Numbered from the stretch's first letter, positions 1 through 11,016 are shown. The stretch: DNA of 64,000 nucleotides from an uncultured delta proteobacterium (GCA_963802945.1 CAWDKY010000017.1:96001-160000); one strand, 5' to 3'. A program made the numbers and translations. The notes: a model not told the origin generated them from the letters alone.

Positions 1-259
1 AGGAAAGGAAAGATATGAATCTCCTTACACTTATCTGCTATTTGTTATACACTGGCTATATTGTGGGGCAGTTCCAATTTAATATTAATGAAGCTCCCCC
101 AATAGAATCAAAACCTATCGTGTCAATGCAGAGCCAACCCAACCCGGGTGCGGATACCGCCGCGTCTTCGCCGCAAAAAGAACCCCCGCGGACGGAGGAG
201 CTTCCCTAAGACCAGAAGGGATCCAGGCTCCTGCTGCCGGTCGCAGGAAGGCACACGAC

Positions 260-796
260 TCAATAGATATAGGGCAGAAACCTCCAGGTTTTCCGGCGGT
301 ACTCTCGATAATCCGGAAACTGTTCGGCCAACAGATATTCTTCCTGGGCCACCTTGAGGACATAGAGGATGGAGAATCCCACCCATAGGGGCACGCTCAA
401 CAGGCTGCCGAAGAGCAGGATCCACCCGCCGAATATCGCGAAGCCGGCCAGATACATGGGGTGGCGGATCTTGGAGTAAACCCCGGAAGTGACGAGAGAT
501 CCCTCCACCCTGGGCTGGGCATGGATGCGAAAATTCCTCCCCAAGGCCCGGAAGCTGAAGAATGTCAGGATCAGGCCAGCGAGAAGAATGGAAAGGCCAA
601 GGACCTTCTGCGACCCGGCCACGGGTCGCTTCCTCATGGCGCCCTCCAGGGGTGCCAGGATCAGGATGAGGCCTTGAAGGATCAGATACGCAGTGCTGAT
701 CCATTTTCGCTCGACAGGGCGTTTCCCAGATTCGGGATGGGACCTGATAAAAGAAAATGGGCCGTTCCCGCATTCATCCATTCCGAGGAAAATCAT
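260..796 (-). CDS. Isoprenylcysteine carboxylmethyltransferase (ICMT/PEMT)-family membrane methyltransferase
   Basis: Hydrophobic protein with LVTSGVYSKIRHPMY, EE..L...F.DYREY and RFLP motifs; exact start uncertain. Confidence 0.85.
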   Translation of the reverse strand: MIFLGMDECGNGPFSFIRSHPESGKRPVERKWISTAYLILQGLILILAPLEGAMRKRPVAGSQKVLGLSILLAGLILTFFSFRALGRNFRIHAQPRVEGSLVTSGVYSKIRHPMYLAGFAIFGGWILLFGSLLSVPLWVGFSILYVLKVAQEEYLLAEQFPDYREYRRKTWRFLPYIY

Positions 797-1191
797 TTAG
801 AGCAAACCCCCCTTTCAGATGGTAAACGTTGCTGAAGCCCATCTTTGGTAACATGACCGCGATCAAGAAAGCGCTGCCCGGAAAGGCACAAGACCAGCAC
901 CGGCTGATTCTTCGGCTTCGTCAGGCTGGCTTCGACAACCCCTTTCCCCAACGGGTAGTTCTCAGCCCCCTGCAGCCAGTTCCAGTGGGATTCCGAGCGG
1001 GTGCGCACATCGATGATCCACGTGTCATTCGGCAGGGTGAGCATCTGGCGGGGGTGCAGTGTCTTGACTCCCGAGATCAGGGTCAACATATCCTCGCCCA
1101 CCATCAGGTTAAAAAAAGACCAGATGCTCCCGGCGTCGAGGCCCGTCGATCCGTTTGCCAGGGAATCTTGCTGGGCGTGCCTTAAGATCAA
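793..1191 (-). CDS. Rhodanese-like domain protein (C-terminus frameshifted)
   Basis: IIDVRT and VLVLCLSGQR motifs; an alternative frame supplies GFSNVYHLKGG. Confidence 0.65.
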   Translation of the reverse strand: MILRHAQQDSLANGSTGLDAGSIWSFFNLMVGEDMLTLISGVKTLHPRQMLTLPNDTWIIDVRTRSESHWNWLQGAENYPLGKGVVEASLTKPKNQPVLVLCLSGQRFLDRGHVTKDGLQQRLPSERGVCSK

Positions 1192-1541
1192 TATGGTTTG
1201 GAGTCATGAAGCGCAAGCAGGCCGGCCCAGAGCACCCCGCCGGCTCGGCTGCGGGTGTAAAGGCATAAGGCCGCCAGGCCAAGGACGATCGAGGTCTTCA
1301 GGGGGTGCAAGAGGTGGCTGGCATGTAACTGCAGAAAGAGGTAGCTGTTCTGTGAAAGGTATGGTCGGGGGAAAAAACAAGAGACCAGTTCAACGAGCGA
1401 GATGATCAGTACGAATCCCGCTGAAACAAGGAGCAGCCCAAGGAAGGCGAGTTCCAGGAAACCGGACGGCCGTCCAGAGAACCCCGTATCCAAACCCGTC
1501 GCCAGCACGACAGTCGCGGCCGCCAGATAGAAAAAGAGCAC
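1188..1541 (-). CDS. Small hydrophobic membrane protein, possibly the N-terminal part of the rhodanese gene
   Basis: Several hydrophobic segments; stop overlaps the next ORF start. Confidence 0.4.
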   Translation of the reverse strand: MLFFYLAAATVVLATGLDTGFSGRPSGFLELAFLGLLLVSAGFVLIISLVELVSCFFPRPYLSQNSYLFLQLHASHLLHPLKTSIVLGLAALCLYTRSRAGGVLWAGLLALHDSKPY

Positions 1542-1744
1542 CGGGATGAGGCTTTGTGCAAACCGCTCGCGGATTAAACACCACCAATAGGCAAATCTTT
1601 TCCCGAGTATACTTCCCCCCCATTGAACAAACAGACCGTTCCCCTCCTTTTTCCTTTATTCTTATTCGAATTGAGGAAACTCCATTCCACCTCTCTCTAT
1701 GGGCGAAGACCGGTTGCCTTGCTTAAAGTATGAGCGGAGCAGGC

Positions 1745-3257
1745 TCATTCTTGCGGCGAAGGGGAGGCGTAATGCTGGGCCGTTTCACGCAGGAATTGGT
1801 TCTTGAAGACCGGCCAGGCGCACACCGGCATGAACCTGATTTCCCGGGTCAAGGGGTGCTCGTAGGCAAAGGACGCGGGGCAATCCTTCAAACGCTCGCT
1901 TTCCAGGTTGGCGGTCTCCTCAAAGGGCAGCACCATGATCCGCAGGATATTGTGGCACTGGGTGTGGCGCCGCAGCAGATCCTTCAACTTAACTCCCCTC
2001 AGGAGGCCCCAAAGGATCAAAGCCACCTTCAGGACTACCTGGTTGCCAAAAACCTCCTTGAAGCGGATGGTCCGGTTAAACAGCCCCAGCACTGCGCGTC
2101 CCGCCACCCATTGCCGGCCGCGTCGGCCGAACCATCGGGCCATCAGGCTATGTTCCAGTTTTTTTCCCAACAACCGGTCCGCTTCGATCATGAGGCGCAC
2201 CATCTCGGACAAGGGCATCTTCAGGTAACGGGAGAGGGGATGGTAAGCCTGACCGTCCGCTATCAAGAGGGTGGCGGACTCGCAGTTCGGATGCGCCCCG
2301 CCGAAGGTGAGCCGCCCTAAATCGAAGGTCGCCGTCAGGTTAGGCAATCGGTACAGGACCGCCGAAGCAATGAATTCTGTACCAGGCACGGCGTCAGCGA
2401 TCATCCGTTCCACGTCCTCGATCGTTGTGTCTTCGGCTTCCACCGGTTCCGGGCCCCAGGTTTCGGTCAGCGGGATCAAGTCAAGGGCCGCGATATAATC
2501 CTGCCCTTCGTAACACATCCGGATCAAATCGGCCATGTCCTTATCGTTTACGCCCAGACCCGCGAACACATGATCGTGATCTTGTATTGATGATATTTCC
2601 GGATGTTTTCCAGGGCCTGGAGTTTGTTTTCATAGGCCCGCGGGGTTTTGCGAATCTTGTTGTATATCTCGGGATTGCGCCCGTCGAAGGCGAACATGAG
2701 CTGGGTGCCTGTTGCCAGAAGCTTCTGGCAGTACTCGGCGTCCGCGAGGCGTATTCCATTGGTCACTACACGCGCATGCAAGCCGTAGGAGGCGGCCAGC
2801 TCAATGATCTCAATCAAGTCGTTACGAACGGTCGGTTCCCCCCCGAAGAGCTGGATCTTGGGTCGAGGATTCATGAGGGTGAGCTTTTGAAATATTTTTG
2901 TAAAGTATTCCATCGGCGGATTAAATTGGAATCCCATGGCCGGGATGTTGGCCAGGCAGATGGGGCAATTCATGTTGCAGCGATTGGTCACGTCGAGAAA
3001 GACGAGGGTCGGAGGTTTACCGTGGTTGCAGTCTGTCGCAATTCAAGCCGCAGAAGCCCGGATTCGCCGTATACCCCAGCAGGTCGCGTTTCTCCTGATA
3101 GTGGGTTGCGTTCGAGGAGACGAGGGAGGCAGAAACGCCGCATTTCTGGCACTGCTTCTCGAGGTAGACCTTGCCGTTACTGATCTTATGCCGGACAGGG
3201 ACGACCTGACTGCACGTGGGGCAGATACCCAGATTCTCCTGCTTGATGATGCTCCAT
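1745..3257 (-). CDS. Radical SAM protein of the tetraether synthase (Tes/GDGT-MAS)-like family, split by about 3 indels
   Basis: Joined frames give ICPTC..VYLEKQCQKC, CGLNC.DCNH, FLDVTNRCNMNCPIC, GGEPT, TNG, HPNC, DCPASFAY and RFMPVC; ATG at 3257 with a purine-rich RBS. Confidence 0.8.
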
Positions 3258-3270
3258 ATCCCTCTCTTTT

Positions 3271-3858
3271 TTATTTCTCCAGGTCATCCCGCAGAAGGTC
3301 CAATGTGGTCCAACCTAAAAGGAAATCAATAATATCGAACCAACGGGTGGTCTCTGTGAACCCAATCCAGCCCAGGTGGAGAATCCGGGGACCGCATTCC
3401 ATGAACCACAACTCGGGAGGCGGGTTCTTACCCATGAGGGCGCCGACAAAGCCAACATCGTATTTTTGCCGTTCCGTGATGTTTTTTTGATTGCTGCGTG
3501 CCTGATGAGGATCAGCGGGATTGAACTTGCCCGCCCCGGACTTCCTCTGGCCCCAGGCCAAGAGGCCCCAGGCCTGAAATTCATAATCCAGCCATCCAAA
3601 TTGGCGATTTCCCAGCCCAAGGTATTTGCCCTTAACGTCGGCGTATCCGAAGGGGGTTAAAGAGGAAAAGTCAAAAAAGGCGGCAAACTGCGGCTTCAAC
3701 GCAGGCGTCACCGTTATTCCTATGTCCATGATATCCAAGGCGTCATTGACCCGATTTCGCAGATAGGGGCTGCTACTGCTACACCCTTGGCTGAAGAAAG
3801 CTACGGACAAGATGGAAATGATCAAAAACCTGAGGTGCCGGTTATCTTTCTTTTCCAT
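3271..3858 (-). CDS. Putative lipoprotein of unknown function, co-transcribed with the radical SAM gene
   Basis: MEKK + hydrophobic stretch + SQGC lipobox; 13-bp gap to the downstream ATG. Confidence 0.7.
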   Translation of the reverse strand: MEKKDNRHLRFLIISILSVAFFSQGCSSSSPYLRNRVNDALDIMDIGITVTPALKPQFAAFFDFSSLTPFGYADVKGKYLGLGNRQFGWLDYEFQAWGLLAWGQRKSGAGKFNPADPHQARSNQKNITERQKYDVGFVGALMGKNPPPELWFMECGPRILHLGWIGFTETTRWFDIIDFLLGWTTLDLLRDDLEK

Positions 3859-3979
3859 GACGCCTAAGACTCCTCTCGATTTAATCGGTTTAATATAGCA
3901 AGAGACGGCCAAGAGTCAAGAAAAAAGTCGGTAAGTGTTAAGGTCATCTTAGTTACAATATTTCGACAGAAAATAGTGG

Positions 3980-4420
3980 GCCTAATCCGCATCGTCCCTG
4001 GCCTTGGGGCAGGGTAGAGGGTCGCCCTTCCCGGATCAAGTCAGGGACAGGCTCCAATTTTTTGAATCAACCATACCTATTTCCAGTTGGATTTTTGCTT
4101 TCATCTGGTCGTTCGACCTGGAGGCTCTCGACAGGTCCCAGGACACAGGGAATGAGACCATCCACATTTTTTTTTTGACGAAAACCACGAGAGATGTTAC
4201 TAAAGAAGACGTAATAGCGAATCCCGCCAACGGCGGGACTCGCTATGGTCGGGTATATGAGGGGGTCATAGCCGCCAACCAATCTAAGGCGTCGAATATT
4301 TTTCGGCCGGTTGTCCTTGGATCGATAGATGACTTAAGACCTTTCCGGGAGATAGGGCTTACCTTCCTGCGAGAAAGAAACCTGGATGATATAGCGGGCT
4401 AGGTTTATTCTCCGATTGTT
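3980..4420 (-). pseudogene. Degenerate IS91-like (Y2) transposase C-terminal fragment
   Basis: Broken frames read NLARYIIQVSFSQE..YLPERS*VIYRSKD, IFDALDWLAAM, IRYYVFFSNISRG and LIPCVL, ending in a decayed zinc-ribbon-like tail; internal stops present. Confidence 0.7.
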
Positions 4421-4450
4421 CCCGGATCGTCTGGTTTCGCACGTCAATCG

Positions 4451-4488
4451 TTGGCTGACCGGCGTGGAGATCCACGCCGGTCAGCCAA
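4451..4488. repeat. Perfect GC-rich hairpin (18-bp arms, 2-nt spacer)
   Basis: ttggctgaccggcgtgga-ga-tccacgccggtcagccaa. Confidence 0.9.
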
Positions 4489-4529
4489 GAACGGAAAAAA
4501 TCTTGTTAGTCTTGGATAGACCACTTGTC

Positions 4530-6574
4530 ATGATTTCGAAAGGGTATTCACTATCGCGCCAGACCGAAGCGTTGGCAGAGCTAGAGCGAGGAGTGCATGC
4601 GGCACTGGAGACTTATTCCAATGTCCACCGGGGCAGCGGGCACAACTCGATGGTGTCCACGCATTTATTCGAGCAGGCCAGGGACATTGTCCTGGAATAC
4701 CTGGGGCTGAACAAAGACAAATACGTGGTCATCTTTTGCACCCCCAGAAGGGCAGAGGTGCTCAAGGCACAACTTGAGCCTGGAAGTTATCAAAGCGTGT
4801 CGAGCCAGGACATCGGCCTGCCGCTGGGTGTAAGGGCGTTGGCTGTCGAAAGCAAGGCGTTGCCCAGAGGCACTCCTTTCCAGACCGGTGGAGGGACGGC
4901 CAGGCTTGTCTCCCCCGGTTGGGTCATCTGGGCCAATGCGCCGGACAAATTCGAGGCCGGCACGCCCGCGATCGTCAACGTCATCGCGTTTGCCAAGGGC
5001 CTGCGGCTGATCCGGCATTTCGGAAATGACGCTTTCCAAGATAATGGCGATGACACAGCCGACAGAGGTGGACGGCCGCTGAAATTCTGTACCACGACGA
5101 ACTGGAGAAATACTCCGGGCGGGAACTGTTGGATGAACTCAGGCAGACCCTGATCGGTCGCGGTGTTCGTGTCCCAACGGTGGAAGGCGCCAGGCCCTAT
5201 ATCAACCTGGACAACGGCGCCAGCACTCCCACATTCACGCCGATATGGGACGCGGTCTGCCAGACATGGCGCCAGCCCAGGCAAGTGCAGCAAGAGATCA
5301 TTCATGAGGTCAAGTCCATCTGCGCCGAGTGTCCTGGGTGCGCCTTTGGCAGCCTATGATGTGATCTTTACTTCCAACACCACTGAAGCCATCAACCTGG
5401 CGGCCGAAAGTTTGCGATCACAATGAATCTCGAAGCACGAGGCGATCGAACCGGTCGTGCTCAACACGCTCCTCGAACACAACTCGAACGAGCTGCCGTG
5501 GCGCATGGTTCCCGGCTTTTCGCTGATCCGGCTGCCGGTGGACGCTGAAGGCTTTGTGGATTTGAACGAGCTGGAGACGCTCTTGCGCGCATACAACCAG
5601 AAGGGTCAGCACGGAAAGAAGCGCATCAAGCTTGTGGCTGTGAGCGGCGCTTCGAATGTCCTCGGCGTATTCAACGATCTGGCGGAGATCAGTCGAATCG
5701 TTCACCGCTATGGGGCGCGCTTGCTGGTGGATGCGGCGCAGTTGGTCGCCCACCGCAAGGTCGAGATGGAAGAATGCGGGATTGACTATCTCGCCTTCTC
5801 TGCCCATAAGGTGTACGCGCCATTCGGCAGCGGCGTGTTGGTGGTTAGAAAGGGGCTGCTTAATTTTAGCCCCGCCGAACTGGAGCTGATCCAATCGTCC
5901 GGCGAGGAAAACGTGGGGGGCATCGCCGCGTTGGGCAAGGCGCTTGTGCTTTTGCAGCGGATCGGCCTGGACGTGATCCAAGAGGAAGAACAGGCTTTGA
6001 CCGGGCGGGCATTGCGCGGCCTGGCGCAAATACCGGGCCTCAAGATTTACGGGATACAAGACCCGGACTCGCCCAGGTTCGCCCAAAAAGGCGGCGTCAT
6101 TGTCTTTGGCCTGAAAGACATCATGCCCAACCGGGTGGCCAAAGAACTGGCCGAGCAGGGCGGGATCGGTGTGCGATACGGTTGCCATGTGCGCTCATCT
6201 GTTGATCAAGCGACCTGCTCAAGATTCATCCACTGCGTACGGGCATAGCTGGCCAGGGCCTGATCCTGTCCCCTCGATTCGCCAGCGTCACCCTGCCCGG
6301 CCTCGTCCGCGTGAGCCTGGGCATCGAGAACAGCGAAGAGGATGTGGACACATTGATTCGTGTGTTGGGCAAAATCGCCCGGCAGTCCCGGGCCTGGGTG
6401 AACAGGCTTCTCGGTTCGAGTCGCAATGGAACGCCCTTCTTGCCGCAAACAGAAGTCGAAAGCGAAATACAAGAGTTTGTCCGGGCTGCAATCGATCGAG
6501 TCTATTCATTCGATGGTGTTTTAAATTCTGAAGAATACTGCATTAAGCGGAAAAACACGCCCCTCGGAACCTAA
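4530..6574 (+). CDS. Class V aminotransferase / SufS-like cysteine desulfurase with an N-terminal partial duplication, split by several indels
   Basis: N part has SNVHRG and KFEAGTP; C part has YINLDNGAST, IFTSNTTEAIN, EHNSN, DAAQ, FSAHK (PLP Lys), RYGCH/CAH and RVSLG; visibly GC-richer than the rsmA-rml region. Confidence 0.8.
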
Positions 6575-6650
6575 TCTGGTAGGAGGCGACCCAGATGACC
6601 AGCCCCTCCCAACAGAACGGCACATACCGGTCAGGTAAGCCGCTCTTCGA
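6574..6650 (-). ncRNA. Group II intron 3' remnant (domains V and VI only)
   Basis: Minus strand GAGCGGC-ttacctgaccggtatgt-GCCGTTC (D5 stem, AGC triad) followed by tgttgggagggg...ctcctaccagAT (D6 and AY end); no RT ORF. Confidence 0.65.
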
Positions 6651-6683
6651 TTTGCGACTGAACTGCAGTTCAAGGCAATAGGA

Positions 6684-6737
6684 GACATCCTATATTAACC
6701 CTGTCAAGAAAAAACGATAGGGGTAATATAGGATGTC
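6684..6737. repeat. 14-bp inverted repeat, REP-doublet-like
   Basis: gacatcctatatta ... taatataggatgtc. Confidence 0.75.
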
Positions 6738-6770
6738 CACTTCGTCTCTTTTCACCGTCTTCTTATTTAG

Positions 6771-7601
6771 TCAGGGAGTTTTTAACAGGTTGGCTATTGT
6801 GTTGGACAGGGTTACAAATTGGGCAATGGTCAAGGTTTCGCCCCGGCATTGGGGATCGGTTTGATTCCAATCCAGTGCTTTTAAGATCAGAGAAGCAGGA
6901 AAGCGGGCATCGGCGGTTAAGGCATTTTTGATCTGTTTGCGCCGTTGGGCAAAGGCGGAGCGAACCATCCACCGAAAGAGGTTCTGGTCTTCAATCTTTG
7001 GAGTTGGCTCCTGAAGAAAAAGCAATTCAATAAAGGTCGAAGAGACTTTAGGCTTTGGGAAAAAAGAACCTGGTTTGAGTTGCAGCAGGGATTGAATATG
7101 GGCATAATAGCCGATCAGGATAGTCATCACCCCATATTCTTTTGTCCCTGGCTGAGCCAGAAGACGATCGGCCACCTCTTTTTGCAGCATCACATAAGCG
7201 GCCTTAATGATCAGTCGGTTTTCGATGACCTTAAACAGGATGGGTGTGGAGATATGATAAGGAAGGTTGCCGACTATAAAGAAAGGACCATTCAAGGTCT
7301 TGAACCATTCATTCCAATCCGTCTTCAATAAATCTTCGTGGGCCACTTCTATATTTTTCTTCCCCACCTGCAACACTTTTTCTTTTAATTCCGCCGAGCG
7401 ACCGGCATCGATTTCCACAGCCAGGACCCTGGATACTTTTTCGGCCAATAAAAAAGTCAAAGACCCCTGGCCGGCCCCTAATTCCACAACCGTATCTAAA
7501 GAAGTCAGGGGTAGTCGATCAACTAGATTTTTGGCTTGGGTTTCATTTCTCAAGAAATTCTGGCTGAGAGATTTTAATGGAGGGTATGATGATCGATTCA
7601 T
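6771..7601 (-). CDS. rsmA: 16S rRNA adenine dimethyltransferase
   Basis: SQNFL, VELGAGQGSLT, VGNLPYHIS, MLQKEVADRL and AFAQRRK. Confidence 0.95.
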   Translation of the reverse strand: MNRSSYPPLKSLSQNFLRNETQAKNLVDRLPLTSLDTVVELGAGQGSLTFLLAEKVSRVLAVEIDAGRSAELKEKVLQVGKKNIEVAHEDLLKTDWNEWFKTLNGPFFIVGNLPYHISTPILFKVIENRLIIKAAYVMLQKEVADRLLAQPGTKEYGVMTILIGYYAHIQSLLQLKPGSFFPKPKVSSTFIELLFLQEPTPKIEDQNLFRWMVRSAFAQRRKQIKNALTADARFPASLILKALDWNQTDPQCRGETLTIAQFVTLSNTIANLLKTP

Positions 7602-7900
7602 GATTTTATAAGAAGGTAAGAAACCCTACTTCATAGTGGGTTGTTGCCCTTTATATTTTTCCTACTTGATACTATAGGAGCGGTTCGTTTAAGGCCACTG
7701 AACCCGGACAAAAAAAGCATAAGAGCACCATAGATTGAATTATGTAGAGACTCCTTTGCTTGAATAAGTAAAACTCTTTAACAAAAATAAATTGGGAAGG
7801 CAAGGGAAACCGTAATTGAGACCCCTTTCAATAAGCGAACATTTTCCCAATTAAAACTTAGAGATGTTTGAAAGTGAAGCGGGGAACTCAGCCAAGAGGC

Positions 7901-7929
7901 TTGACTTTCCGGATCAATCCCGGTATAAC
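7901..7929 (+). promoter_or_regulatory. sigma70-type promoter of the rml operon
   Basis: TTGACT-17bp-TATAAC, 32 bp upstream of the ATG. Confidence 0.65.
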
Positions 7930-7961
7930 CAACTAAAATATCTAAAGAAGGAAGATTACTT

Positions 7962-9029
7962 ATGAAGGCCCTGGTACTATCCGGCGGGAAGGGGACCCGG
8001 CTGCGGCCGATCACGTACACGATGGCCAAGCAATTGGTCCCGGTGGCCAATGAACCTATTCTGGGTTATGTCTTTCAGCACCTTATGGAAGCCGGTATCA
8101 AAGAGGTCGGGGTGGTGGTAGCACCGGAGACCCAGGATGATGTAAAAAAATTTTTGAAAAATGGTGGGCGCTGGGGACTTAAGATCCAATATATTCTCCA
8201 GGATAAACCCCTCGGCCTGGCCCACGCCGTTAAAACCGCTCAGCCTTTTTTAAGGACTTCTCCTTTTGTCATGTATCTGGGAGACAATCTTCTATCCGAA
8301 GGCATTAAGGGCTATAGAGAACAATTTTTGAAAGAGAAACTCGACGCCTTTTTGTTTTTAAAAGAGGTGGAAAATCCCAAGGCCTTTGGAGTGGCGGTCT
8401 TGAATAAGAAAGGACATATCACCCGCCTGATTGAAAAACCTGAAGATCCGCCCTCCAATCTGGCCTTAGTAGGGGTCTATTTCTTTTCTTCCAGGATTCA
8501 CGAGGCGATTGCCCATATAAAACCCTCGGCCAGGGGAGAGCTGGAGATCACGGATGCCATCCAGGAACTCATGAATATGAAGGGCCTAGTCAAAGGTCAT
8601 ATCCTGGAGGGATGGTGGCTGGATACCGGAAAGAAAGATGATTTTCTGGCGGCCAACACCACTGTCCTGGACGATTATATTAAGCGTGACATCTGCGGGA
8701 ATTGCGACGACAAGAGTCAGATCATCGGTCGGGTCCGTCTGGAGAAAAAAGCCAAGGTCGTCGGCAGTATTATTCGAGGGCCGGTAGTGATCGGAGAAGG
8801 GGCTCAGATCATCCATTCTTTTATCGGCCCTTATACCACCATCGGCCCTTACAGCCGGGTGATCCATTCGGTGATTGAACATTCGGTATTGATGAACCAT
8901 TGTCTGGTGGAAAATATCGCCCGCATCGAAGATAGTCTGATCGGCCGGGAAGCACACGTAATCCAGGGACGAAACCATTCTAAAGCCCTTCGATTGATGA
9001 TCGGGGACAATGCGATTGTTGAAGTTTAA
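7962..9029 (+). CDS. rfbA: Glucose-1-phosphate thymidylyltransferase, long form
   Basis: LSGGKGTRLRPIT, KQLVPVAN, PSARGELEITD, WLDTG and a C-terminal beta-helix. Confidence 0.93.
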   Translation: MKALVLSGGKGTRLRPITYTMAKQLVPVANEPILGYVFQHLMEAGIKEVGVVVAPETQDDVKKFLKNGGRWGLKIQYILQDKPLGLAHAVKTAQPFLRTSPFVMYLGDNLLSEGIKGYREQFLKEKLDAFLFLKEVENPKAFGVAVLNKKGHITRLIEKPEDPPSNLALVGVYFFSSRIHEAIAHIKPSARGELEITDAIQELMNMKGLVKGHILEGWWLDTGKKDDFLAANTTVLDDYIKRDICGNCDDKSQIIGRVRLEKKAKVVGSIIRGPVVIGEGAQIIHSFIGPYTTIGPYSRVIHSVIEHSVLMNHCLVENIARIEDSLIGREAHVIQGRNHSKALRLMIGDNAIVEV

Positions 9030-9143
9030 AAAACAAGACAAGGTACAAGGCATAAAGTACAAGGTACAAGGTGCAAACTTTAATATGGGTTACCGTAAAC
9101 CTTATACCGTGGACCTTGCGCCTTTTTGTAAAAGGCAGGATGT

Positions 9144-10182
9144 ATGAACAAGACAATCCTAATCACCGGCGGGATGGGATTTATCGGATCCAATTTTATC
9201 CATTATTTTTTAAAGGCCCACCCCTCCTGTCAACTGGTCAACTTGGACAAACTCACCTATTCGGCTAATCCCGAAAACCTCCAAGACATTTCTTCCGACC
9301 CCCGTTACCGATTTATTCAAGGTGACATATTGGATGAGGCTTTACTTTTTCGGCTATCTCAAGACTATCCTATTCAGTCGGTGGTTCATTTTGCCGCTGA
9401 GTCTCATGTGGATCGTTCCATCTTGGGATCTAAAGAGTTCATCCAAACCAATGTCCTTGGTACACACACTTTATTGGAATTCTTTAAACAATATTGGCAC
9501 GTCACTTTGGCCGAAAATCCAGAGTTCCGATTCCTCCATATCTCCACCGATGAGGTCTATGGCACCCTCGGACTAAAAGGGATTTTCACTGAAGAGACAG
9601 CCTTTCAACCCAACTCCCCTTATTCGGCCAGTAAAGCCGGGGCCGATCTTTTAGTTCGGGCCTATTTCGAAACCTATGGTTTTCCGGGGCTGATTGTCCG
9701 CCCATCCAACAATTACGGCCCTTATCAATTCCCTGAAAAGTTTATTCCATTGATGATCACCAATCTTTTGGAAGAATAAACCCATCCCGATCTATGGACG
9801 GGGAGAAAATATCCGCGATTGGCTTTTTGTGGAGGATGCCTGTCAAGCTATTGATCAGGTCCTGACCAAGGGGAAGATCGGTGAGGCCTATAACGTTGGG
9901 GGAGAATCCGAAAAAACGAATATCAATGTGGCCCACCAATGCCTGTCTTTTTTGAAAAAAGGAGATGAAAACCTTCATTTTGTCACTGACCGCCCTGGTC
10001 ATGATTTACGTTATGCTTTGAGTAATGACAAGATCAAAAGAGAGATCGGCTGGCAACCTGGGGTACGATTTTCGGAAGGCCTCTCCCGGACCGTCCAATG
10101 GTATCAGGATCATGTCGAATGGTGGAAGCCCCTCAAAGAAAGACTGCAACAGGAAACCAAGGGCTTCTGGAGCAAGTCATGA
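9144..10182 (+). CDS. rfbB: dTDP-glucose 4,6-dehydratase (one indel near 9779)
   Basis: GGMGFIGSN, AAESHVDRSI, ISTDEVYG, YSASK and DRPGHDLRY. Confidence 0.93.
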
Positions 10183-11016
10183 AGGTCCTGGTCACCGGTT
10201 ATCCTGGTTTACTGTCCAAAGACCTGGTCCCTATCCTGCAGGCTGAACATGAAGTGATCCCCCTTTCTATTGACGACCTCGATATCACCCGAAAAGAAGA
10301 GGTCTTCAAAACGATAGAAACCCTTCAACCGGAAGTGGTGATCAACTGTGCCGGCTATACGGCAGTGGATCAGGCGGAAAAGAATTGGGAAGAGGCCTTT
10401 CGGGTCAATGCCCTGGGGGTCCAGTATTTGGCCCTGGCTTGCCAAAAATTCAAGGTGATACTTTGTCATATAAGTACCGACTATGTTTTTGACGGTCAGA
10501 TTCGCCGACCCTATCAACCCTGGGACATCCCCAATCCGATTAGTGTCTATGGGGCCTCCAAACAAGCCGGGGAATTTTTTATAGACCGACTGCTGAACCG
10601 CTATTATATCATCCGGACCAGTTCCCTGTATGGAAAACACGGCAGCAATTTCGTACAGACCATCATTAACAAGGCCGAACAAGGCGGGCCTTTAAAGATA
10701 GTCTGTGATCAGGTTATGTCCCCGACCTGGAGCGTCAATCTCTCTCAAGGGATTCTGCAGATCATCGAGTCAGATAATTTCGGGGTTTATCACCTGACGG
10801 ATCAGACCGATGGAGGGATCAGTTGGTTTGATTTCGGTAAGGCCATATTAAAAATCAAAGGATTGAATCAAGAAAGTTCTTCCCATCAGTTGTCAGGACC
10901 TTGACCGCCCGGCGCCCCGGCCAGCCTATTCGGTCCTGGATACCCGCTATTTGACCCTGGCCACAGGCTATTCTCCCCTTCATTATCAGGAGGCCCTGGA
11001 GCAATTTCTGAGATGA
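10179..11016 (+). CDS. rfbD: dTDP-4-dehydrorhamnose reductase (indel near 10875)
   Basis: NCAGYTAVDQAE, HISTDYVFDG and YGASK; the other frame supplies PAPRPAYSVLD. Confidence 0.9.

Noticed and set aside
4451-4488. Hairpin as an intrinsic terminator
   Set aside because: No U-tract directly follows it on either strand
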